The notes under the pieces are model-generated. The model made no database searches and was not told the origin of the DNA. It saw only the letters and a program-made list of their open reading frames with translations. 64,000 nucleotides of DNA from assembly GCA_025594325.1 (NCBI GenBank), contig JANHCV010000007.1:1953171-2017170 (forward strand), in the 5' to 3' direction. The position numbers and the translations under genes were made by a program. Shown here piece by piece: positions 46,821-57,000 of the stretch (position 1 is the first letter of the stretch; every line of letters begins with the position of its first letter). This stretch comes from Blastocladiella emersonii ATCC 22665. Its lineage: Eukaryota > Fungi > Blastocladiomycota.

Positions 46821-47379
46821 ACTCTGGTGTCGTCGAGCGGTTCCCCCGTTGCCTTGTGTCCCCGCGAGCGGATAGGAATGGATCAATCATATTGCACATC
46901 ATCTCATCCCGCGGCCCTCCTTCAGTTCAGTTTGCGCATCCTGTACGAGATGATCGATTTTCGTGGCGGAGGGAGCGGATGCAGTCGGTTCGCGTTGCGC
47001 CACGAGCGGGTCGGCGGTTTCCTTGAGCCGCTGAGGGCTGATCCTTTGTCGAGGGGCAAGGACAGCTCCCATCGCCGTCGCAAGCGATGGCCGTGCCTGC
47101 CCAGATCTCAACCCCGACAAACTGGACAGTGCTGATCGTTGGTCGTGTGGGCTGTCGCGCGAGTCACCACGCCCTGCTCCTAGACCTCCTCTGTATTATC
47201 GAGGACCAATGCAGCCTACGAACCGACCGCGGAGGCGATCGCAAGTGCAAGCGACGGCGCAGGAACGTTAGAGCGGCCGAGCGTTGAGTTTTGGCGATGA
47301 CGCCGTAGGCCGCGCGGCGCGCGCCGAGCGAGAACTCAAGGTCGCGGACCCAGCTGCAGCGGGCGCGCCGCGCGAAGGA

Positions 47380-48710
47380 GTAACGGGGACACATAAAGTA
47401 CAAGCCAAGTTTGGTGCAGCGAGAGACGACGACGGGCCTGCTGGTAGTCCGCGACGCCGGCGGCGGGTGGCGTGGCGCGCAGGGCGGCCGGAGGTCTGAG
47501 CGTCCTTGGACTTTGAGAGGGAAGAAGGCGTTGTGTGAGCGGAAGCAGTTCGGCACCGAGGACTCGACTCGACTCGACTCGACTCGAGTCCAATCGACTC
47601 GAAGTACGCCGAGTTGGGAGGGGCAGGAAGGGCGAGGTGCATCGGAGCAGGCTCCGCAGCGCCGATAAGCGCGACGCGTGCAACAGCAACAGCAAGAGCA
47701 ACCGCTCGGAGACTGGCATACGGGGCGAGGAGACGACCAGCTGCACTGCTGTTCGAAGACCGGCGGGCGGTTGCTGCAGCGCGCCCAAGCGCGTTAGAGC
47801 GGTGCGGAGAGCGACCCGCGGAACACGCTGCGGGAGAGCTTCATGTGATTCCATCAAATTACAGAGCTGTGGCATGCCGAGTCGACACTCAACATGGTCG
47901 TGTGGACATGGACATTGACCAGGGTCGGTCGGTCGGTCGGTCGGTCGGTGGCCATGGCCGCCGCGCTGCGTGCGCGTCCTTGTCAGCTGACGGCGGCTGA
48001 CGCGTCGCGACGTCGTCCCTCACGACGGATCGGGCCCTCCAAGCGGGCCGAGCCTTCCTCCTCCTCTCTCTTCACCGACTGCCGTCTCACGCACCATGAG
48101 AGCCGATGCAACGTGATAACTTGATGCAACGTCACGCCGGACGGGCCCTGACGCGGACCGGCGCCGTCGCGAGGTGCCCAGCCGCATCTGCTCTACCGCT
48201 ACTAGTGTACGGCTGAGCTGTGCTGAGCTGAGCTGAGCTGAGCTGAGCTGAGCATCAGTCGGACTGCTTCGTCAGCTCTGCGGCTCGCCCTTCCCCGTCG
48301 TCCTTGTCGTCGGAATGCCGCCTTCCCGCTTGCCGTGCTGCCCTACATTAGTCGCATGCGAAAGTTTGCTTCGGCGGCCGGCTCCGCAAGCTAGCGCCAC
48401 CCGCTCGCCTCGTTCCAGCCCTCCTGTCGCCCCACGCCGCCGATCCGCACTGCCGATTCTCGCCCGCGACCACCGCCTCCGCTTCGTCGCCATCGACAAC
48501 TCCATGGCGGGACGGGTGAGTAGTCGTCACCGCACGCACGCATGAGCGAGGTCAGCGTTCAGTGTGCGCGCGAGGTGCGCCGTCGCGCGTCGACCGCCCG
48601 CGGCTCGGTGCGCTTCGGGATCCGCTGCTGCTCGTCGGCCGCGCTGGCGCTGGCGCCGCTGCCTTTCGCGCCTGCTGCTTTATGACCTCGCGCTTTTGCA
48701 GCCTCGTATC
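47380..48710. repeat. Older, diverged paralog of the right half of the 4.2-kb block (about 2375-4030)
   Basis: Collinear patches, e.g. acataaagtacaagcc, gggcctgctggtagtccgcgac, atgcaacgtgataacttgatgcaac, cttcgggatccgctgctgctcgtcggccgc, with many indels and an expanded (CTGAG)n. Confidence 0.85.
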
Positions 48711-48776
48711 TTGCTGCTCCGCGGCACGGGGTGCTCGCGTCCACCACCGCGTCAAGTCAGGACCACGTTGACCGTT

Positions 48777-49243
48777 AGACTTGCGTGCTCGTGTGCGCGC
48801 GTGCGCCACGATGGCGCGGCGGGGACGCTGGCCGCCCCCCGCCCGGTCCAGCCAGCCCGCCGCCCGCCGACTTAGACACATGAATTCAACTCCCAAAAAC
48901 AATAATTCTTGTTTATCACTGAATCGTGATCAGGGACCCTCGGGAACCCCAGAAATGCAAAAATCCCCGAGTCAAAGCATGGGGGTGTTGAGATCGTGTT
49001 CGGGCGCGCCGAGGCGAAAAAGTTTTTCACTCGCGGCCGTCGCGACGAGCTCGCGGCGCGGGTGGGCAATTCAAGCACGTAACGCTCAATCTGGCAGCTC
49101 CCGACCTGTCTCGGATCTGGCTCAAACTTTGCACGTAATCTTCTGATATATCATGAAATATTTTAGACTAGTGGGCATAATTTTACGGCGTCGTTTGACG
49201 GCCCTGCACGCATCGGGGGTGGTTAGTTCACGTACGTATTCGA
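48777..49243. repeat. Second copy of the ~460-bp repeat 'A'
   Basis: Highly similar to 4413-4876; runs directly into copy 2 of the long block. Confidence 0.85.
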
Positions 49244-52200
49244 GCTCCACCTCGCTCGCCCACTGGGTTGGCCACCGGGCCGGGCGGCAGGCACTCTGCT
49301 CCCACTGCTCGGGCCCGCGACCGCGTCCACTGGCTTCGCTCGCCATCCTTTGCCCACGATCACACTCGCCGCTAATCAGCAACATGACCGCCGCCGGGTC
49401 GACCAAGGCAAAGCGCGGCAACATGGCCGCCGGGTTGACGATCAAGGCGAAGAAGCAGCAAGCAACATGGCCGACCGCCGGGTCCTGGACCTGCGTGTGG
49501 TCGACGCGGCGGCGACGCGCGAGACACGGGCGCTGTCGTGGCGGCGGTGGCCGTTCCAAGGCGCGCGCGCCTCGTACGCGGGAGGAACGAGCGGCGGGTC
49601 GCCCGACGTTCATGAGCTCGCCGTCCGCGAGCTAAGCTAGCTCGTTGCGTCCGTGTGATGTTCCCGTCCGGCGCGCGCCCAACCTGTCGTCGCCCGCGAT
49701 CGCGATCGTGCCCCGCGACGGCGCGCGCGCAAGTTCGGGAGTTCGGCATGCCGACCGCCGCCGAGCTAGCTGGTTGACGAGAACGAAGATCCCCCACCCG
49801 ACTCGCGTCCTGCGGTCGGCCGACCTCACGCGCATCGCCACGCATCGCCAAGAAGCGGGGCGGTCCGCGGCGAAGGAGCCGTCGGTCGGCGCTGTTTGGC
49901 GTCGACCTGCTGTCGCGCGAGGACATGAGCTCCGAGGAGGACGGCGATGTGGCCGGCACGAAGTATCACGGCTTGGGCGCCACCAAGTACGCGAGATGCG
50001 CGCCGAGCCGCGCCGAGCCGCGCCGAGCCGCGCCGCGCGGAAAAGGGTTGCCGATGCTGGCACGCGTCCAAGAGGGACCTGGCCCGACGCGACGACGGCA
50101 GCATAAAGTAGAAGCGGGGCCGGCTGCCAGGATGAGCCGCGGCACGCAGCGGCGCTCGAGGACGGCGACGCTCTCGCCGGGTAGCGGGGAGCATGTTTGG
50201 ACGCATCAAAGTTGAGTGAGCATGGACGGCGACGGGTTGAACGCAAGATCAAGCAACCACGGCGCCCGCCGCCAGGCTCGCGAGCGACCGAGCCAAAGCG
50301 TGCTGCTGCTGGCACTGCTCCGGGTGGCAACGATCCAAGGGGCGGCGGCGGCGGCTTACGACGGGTGTGCAGCTGGCGTGTGCCGGCACACGCGGGGCAG
50401 CGGCAGCGGGCAGAGTGTCGCGTGCGCGCGGGACGGCCATGCCACCGACCGCAGCCGGCAGCCGCTCCAGCACAACGGCCGCAGCGAGGGAGCGAGCGAG
50501 CGCGGACATCACCACCACCGCTCACGCTGCAGTCTGACACCGTAGGAGGGAAAGTGCAGGGCAGGGTGCGGTCGGCGAGGGGGCGATGCTTGCGCGCGAG
50601 GGCAAGTCGCTCGGGGTTTGGCGCGCCCCGCCAGCGACAACAAGCGACGAGGTCATGCATGGGTCATGGGCGCGTGGTGCCGCCGCGGCATGTGCGACGT
50701 GTTGATGTGGTAGACATGGATGCGTTTCATGGAGTGGGGAGGTTATATAGCGGTTCATGATCAGGCGAGAGAGCGAGGACCGCGCGCGGCGACGAGGCGC
50801 CCTTTATACTCCTCCGCCCGCGCCCCTGCTGCCTGCCACGCGGCGGCCACCGCCACCGCCACCGACAAGGACTCTGGCGCTCTGACGCAAGCAGCGAGCG
50901 GCGAGCAGCGAGCAGCGAGCAGGATACGGCGGGGTCCGAAGCCGAACCACCGCCGCGGCGGCCTCGGCTGCGGGCGACTGCAGCTCGCCGTGGGAGGTCG
51001 TCGGTTGGCGGCGCGGTCGCTTGGCCCGTGGTACACAGGTCACACCCGACTTGACAACGACGACGAACAGGCTGCGCACGCATCTTGGACCACCGGGTCG
51101 ACCGCATGGGTGAGGTCGATCGCGCCCGCGACGCCGGCATGGCTCGCGAGCCGGGACGACCGACCGCGGCTTCGCGAGCACACGCACCCGCGCGCGCTCG
51201 CGAGCGGCGAATACAACGACGCGGGAACGTTTGAGCGGCCAAGCGTCAGGTTCGGGCGAAGGCATCGTAAGGCATCGTAAGGCTGCGGGCGCGGCACAGC
51301 AGCACGCACGCCCGGCGCGGCCGTTTCGATGGCGTTTCGCCGCCCCGTACGCTTACCAGCCAGCGTGACGGCCGAGACGTTCGTTGCTCAGCTGGCCGGC
51401 CGGCTGCGTCCACGGACATGCCGACGTTGATCCCACAGCTGCGCCGCGCTCGCTCGCTCGCTCGCCCAGGGCGGCGACGTTCGGGGGCGGCCCACACCGA
51501 GCCGAGCGAGAATCTCGGAGGTCGTCGGTGCGCCCAGCCGCTGCTGCAGCGGGCGCGCCGCGCGAGGAAGAAACGAGGGCCAGAAGCCGCGGACACATAA
51601 AGTACAAGCCGAGAGGTAGCTGTAGCGAGAGACGACGGACGGGCCTGCTGGTAGTCCGCGACGGGGGCGGCGACAGCGGATGGCGCGCGCGCCGCTCGAG
51701 CTCCGACCGTCGTTCCGACTTTGGGGGAAGAAGAGGGCGTGTGCGAGAGGGAGCAGCAGCTCGGCACCAGCTCGGCAGCGACGACTCGACTCGACTCGAG
51801 GTGCGCCGAGTTGGGGAGGGCAGGGCGAGCTGATTCGAAGCAGGGTCCGCAGCGTCGAGGACGGGCGGTGGTCAAGGGCGATGGCGCGCAAACGACACTC
51901 GAAGCGGTGCACGGCCGTGAGCGGAAACGTCGGTCGGCGCGACTGGCGGGGGCAGCAGGTCAGGTCGGGACGCGGTGGGGCAGAGCAGGGCGACGCGCGC
52001 GTTGATGTACACACGGAGGGAGGAGTGGCGGCGATTGGGGGCGACGGCGCGGACGTGCGCGTGCGAAGGCCGTCGAGCTCGCGGGCGAGGGCAAACGCGC
52101 TGGCTGGTTGGCACGTAGAGCGTGGAGTGGTGGTGGTGGCGGCGGCGGGCAAGCGCGGCGCGGCGCGGCGCGGCGCATGCGACAGCACCCGCTCGGCCAC

Positions 52201-53436
52201 ATGTATACGGAACGAGGAGAGGACCACCAGCTGTGCTGCTGTTTGACGCCGACAGAAGAAGGTTGCTTGCTGCAGCGCTCAAGCGCGAGAGCGATGCCAT
52301 GGGGCGAGCAGCCCGCGGAGCACGCTGCGGGCGAGGTTCATGCGATTCCATCAAGTTACAGTGCCACGTCGTGCCTTGCCTTGTTGACGTGCACATGGAC
52401 ATGGAGGTGAGCGGGGTGCCTGACCGACCGACCGAGGCCGCGCCACGCCACGCGGTGGCCATGGCGCCGTGGCCGCCGCGCTGCGCGTCCTTGTCAGCTG
52501 ACGGCGACTGACGCGTTGCGGGGCGCGCTTCGGGAGGGATGGGGAGACGTGAGGAGGCCAGAGCCTTCTTCTTCTCTCTTCTCCACCGACTGCCGCCCCA
52601 TGCACCATGACCATGAAAGCCGATGCAACGTGATAACTTGATGCAACATCACGCCGGACAGGCCCTGACGCGGATCGGCGCCGCCGCGAGGTGCCCAGCC
52701 GCATCTGCTGTACCGCTACTACTGTACGACTGAGCTGAGCGTCAGTCGGACTGCTTCGTCAGCTATGCAGCTCGTCCGTCCCCGTCGTCCTTGTCGGGAA
52801 CGCCGCCTTCCGCTTGCCGTGCTGCCCTACGTTAGTCGCATGCAAAGGTTTGCTTTGGCGGCGGGCCCCCGCTAGCCAGCGTCCCTCGCTCGCTCGCCTC
52901 GTTCCGGTCCCCCTGTCGCCCCACGCCGCCGATCTGCACTGCCGAACCTCACCCGACCACCGCGACCGCTTCGTCGTCCTCGCCGGCCACCTGCTCGTCC
53001 CCCGCTGGCATGCATTCCCGAGCCGCACGACCTCCGTTCGAGCCGACCTACATGGACGTGCTCACAGCCTCGGCAACTTCATGGCGGGCCAGGTGAGTCG
53101 TCGCCACACGCGCACGCGCACGCACGAGCGGGGCCAGCGTTTGGTGTGCGCGCGGGGCGCGCTTCGGGATCCGCTGCTGCTCGTCGGCCGCAATCGCCGC
53201 CTTTCGCACCTGCTGCTTTATGACCTCGCGCTTTCGTAGCCTAGCCCAGCTGGCGGGCGGCTTGCTGCTTCGCGAGAGCATGGATGCTGCCGCCTCGCTC
53301 AACCGGCGGCCACGGCGGCGGTGCCCCTCGCGTCGCCGTCCTTGACGCGCGCGTGCACCCGCCGTACCGCGTTGTTGATTCACGCTTTTGCCGCGCGGCC
53401 CGAGCGAGGCCCTAGGATGCGTCCGTTGCTCAGCGT
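49213..53436. repeat. Copy 2 of the ~4.2-kb block
   Basis: Apparently identical to 1-4224; patchy similarity continues to about 53540. Confidence 0.95.
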
Positions 53437-54066
53437 ACTCACGCTCACCTCGCGCGTGCGTGCGTGCGTGCCGACGGCGAGCCGGATTCGCGCGGTCGAC
53501 CTCCTCCTGCCCGTGTCCAAGTAGGTTCTCTGACGAAGCTGAATGCCCACACTTGCCCCAAGACCGCATTTATCTAAGCAAATGGCCACGGTAGCTGCTC
53601 GGGGTGGAGAACGGGCACGGCCCGACGAGCCGTACGGGCTTGATCGTGGCAACGGCGACATTTATGCGCTCGGGCAGGCATTTCGCGTGGCCCGTGGTCG
53701 TGAACGGGTGGCGTGAAAACTGGCATCTTGCCCCATGCGCGCGCGGCGGACAGAAGAGTGCGACGTGGGGGACGGGAAACGCGTCGTCCTAGATAGAGCT
53801 CGAGCATGGTAACGCACTGGTACTCGAGTTTTGCGTCGGTGGCATCGAGCGCGTCGCGAAGGACGCCGGCGAACGTTACGGTGTAGTCAGATTCTCGGGG
53901 GGAGCGAGCGTCCGAGCGAAGAGACCGCCGCCAAACTTCGATCACGACCTGCCACTGTCCCGAGTTTTAGGCTTGCGCTCAACTCGGGTCAACGAAGTTG
54001 ATCAGAAAGCGAGGACGGTCGACATAAAGTAGAAACGGGGCCGCTGTGCGCGCATGCGACTCGAGT

Positions 54067-57000
54067 TCAGCGCAGGCGGGGGCCTTGGCCGCGAACCACT
54101 CGCGCGGGAGGGCCGCGTTGAAAACAGACACCGCTCCTGTATCGCTCGGGTACGCGGCGCGGAAGCGGCCGAGGAAGTCGGTGCCGGCGTCGCGGAGCGC
54201 CGTTTACGGCGGGCGCGGCGCGCGGAGTGCGCAGGTCGAGCGCGAGAACGAGCTTGGTGACGAGCACGATGGAGCTGAGCGCGAGGAGCCCGCGGACGAT
54301 GGCGGGGTCCACGGTCCAGTGGCCCGAAGGGGCGTCGACGGCCGTGAGCGCGTCGAGGCCCGCGACGAGGGCGATGACCGGCGCGAGCGCGCGGCGTTCC
54401 GTGACGACGAGCTTGTACAGGTTGGCGGCGTACCCGACGGCGCGTTCGGCCTGGTTGTGATGGATGACGTGCGAGCGATTCCTGAGCACCTTGGCCGTCG
54501 TCGTCATGAGCGCGACGAGGCGGAGGTGGTAGACGGTCACCGCGTCGACGAGCGGCTTGAAGGCGACGCGCGGGGTGTCGGCGATGGGCGGCAGCACGAC
54601 CACGTCCTCGGACACGGGGATGTGTGCGTGGCGCCACGACAGGCCCATGTCGCGGAAGTGCTTGGGTCAGCCAACGCCCTCTTGCGCACCTGCAGCAGAG
54701 TCGACGCCTCGTGCATGGTGAGCTCCGCAATGAGCTCGGCGAGCGGGAGCGGGACCTCGGCGACGCGCGCGAGCTGCGCCGAAAGGGACAGGATCGGGCC
54801 GAGTCGGGCGTCGCGGTACGCGGGCGCGGCGGCGAGCTGCGTGGCGCACGGCTCCGGGTAGTGGTGGAGCGCGTGGCCGAACGCGGACGTGGTGGGCGCG
54901 GGGAGGTCGGGCGTGTTCTGGTTGTTGGACAGCGCGTCGCTCTTCTGGGTGATGATGGGCAGCAGCGGCTCGGGACCGCCGCGAGGCGCGCGCGGAGCCA
55001 CTCGATGGTCGGGTTGGTGGACATGTCGTTGTCGCGGATCTGCAGCGCGAGGCGCACCTGCAGCAGCGAGCTCGAGGCTTCCCTGCAGCTGGCGCATGTA
55101 GTGGTAGCTCCATGAACGCGAGCCCGAGGTGGATCCAGGCGAGACCGAGCTGCTCAAGGTTCGACGTCGCGGTCGAGACAATCTCGGTCGCGCTCGCGAT
55201 CCGCGTTGCGGGCACGTCGCGGGCACGTTGCGCAGCAGGTGCATGCGGGCGGCAACGAGGTCGCGCTAGAGCGCGGTGAGGTCGAGCTGCAGGTTGAGCT
55301 TGTGCTGCACGAGGCACTGCGACCACATGGACCACGCCCACAGGAGGACGGGGAGCGCGGCGTGGGCGTCCCCCAAAACCGCGGAATCGAGCATCGCGGC
55401 GGCCATGCCGGCCTCGAGCGCGCCGAGGAGCGGGTACAGTGGCACGACGAGTGGTGCAGGAACAGCGGCGGGTGCGGGACGACTTGACCCTCGTTGACGA
55501 GCTCGGCGGGGACGGCGGCGAACCCGCTCATGACGGCGTCGTCGGCGTCGAGCCCGTGGTGGAGCATGCAGGCGGGCGCGACGGCGGCTGTAATGAACTC
55601 GCGGGCCGCGTGGCCGCGGGCGAACCGGGTGAGCATGGGCTTCTGCAGGGCGGGGCCGCGAATACCCTTGACCTCGAGGTGGTGCGGGGACGGGAGCGGG
55701 TGGAGCGCGACCGTGGCGGCGGCGGCGGCCAGGCTGCCCAGGAACTCGCGGCACGCGTGCACCGCGCCGCGCGTGATGGCGCAGGCGGACAGGCGGGCCG
55801 CGGCGGCGGCGGGGATGTGCGTGGTAGCGGGCGGCAGCGCGTCCTCGCCAGGGATCGGCTGGCCAGCCCCCTTTACGTCGCGGCGCGCGATCGCCCAGGC
55901 GGTGAGCCCCGCGACGCAGCGCTCGCGGCTCGCGTCGCAGTTGGCGCGCAGCTCGCCGAGGTCGAGGCGCTGCAGGTGCAGCAGGTCGGGGCCGAGCAGC
56001 GCGTCGATCAGCACGCCGGCGGCGGGGTTCAGGGCGGCGTCGTGCTTGGCCGCGCCGACGGACGTGAGCTGGCTGAGCCACGACTTGACGATCTGGTCGA
56101 GCGTCTCGACGCGCTGGTCGTCCATGTGCTGGCACTGGAACCAGTGGAACGGCGTGTCCACCTGGCGGCACGAGCAGCGGGGCGCCATGTCCAGCGCTTC
56201 GCGGCACGTGCGGCAGCGGGTCTCGAGGTCCTCGCTCGCGATGCACGCGGCGTCGCCACAGTTGGGCACGGCGATGCGGCCGACCGAGTGCAGCGACTCG
56301 CGGCACGGCAGCTTGTTGGCGAGCGCGCGCAGGCGGAAGGACGTCTCCTTTTTTTTTTTTTTTTTTGTTGTCTGGTCGCGCGAGGTGCGGCGCGCGAGCG
56401 GGCGCGACCCGCCGTGGAGCGCGAGCGCGGTCGCCTCCCAGTCGAGCTCCTCGACCTGGGCGGCGGCGGCGTTCGCGGCTGCTACAGCGGCGGCTGCAGC
56501 ATCGGCGGCGGGTGCAGGCTCGGGCGACAGCGGTGGCGGCTGCGCGAGCGCGAGGTGCGCCACGTTCGTTGCGAGCACCGCGTCGCGGCACTCGGCCTGC
56601 GCGAGGTCGCGCATGAACTTGCGCGGGTCGCCGCCAATCTCGTGGTCGAAAAAGGCGGGGACGTGGTGGAGGTCCGACTCGGTGCGCGTGCGTTTCGAAA
56701 AGTACGCGTCCGAGGCGGGCGGCTGGTTCGCCGCGGCCTTGGCGGCGCGGTCGGCGACGTTGTTGGGCGTGGTCGGGTCGTCAGCGTGGCCGCGGGCCCA
56801 CGAGAAGGTGACCGTGACGTTGCGGTCGCGCAGCGCGAGGCGGAGCGAGGACCACAGGTCGCTCAACGCACACCGGACGCGCTGGCGCACCGTCGCCGTC
56901 GGCGAGAGCTGCGTGCGCGCGGCCTCGATGGCGGCCTGCGAGTCCGAGTAGATGTGCAGCGCGGTCCCGGCGGCGACCTGCAACACGGCGAGGACGAACG

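Noticed and set aside
1-53436. A single 53-kb giant transposon bounded by long direct repeats
   Set aside because: The interior holds ordinary housekeeping genes and no intact transposase or recombinase, and no target-site duplication was seen. Kept only as a duplication finding.
12057-55268. TAG reassignment or programmed readthrough
   Set aside because: The same loci also have frameshifts, duplications and a TGA, and chitin synthase appears to terminate at TAG (14975-77). Decay is the simpler explanation.
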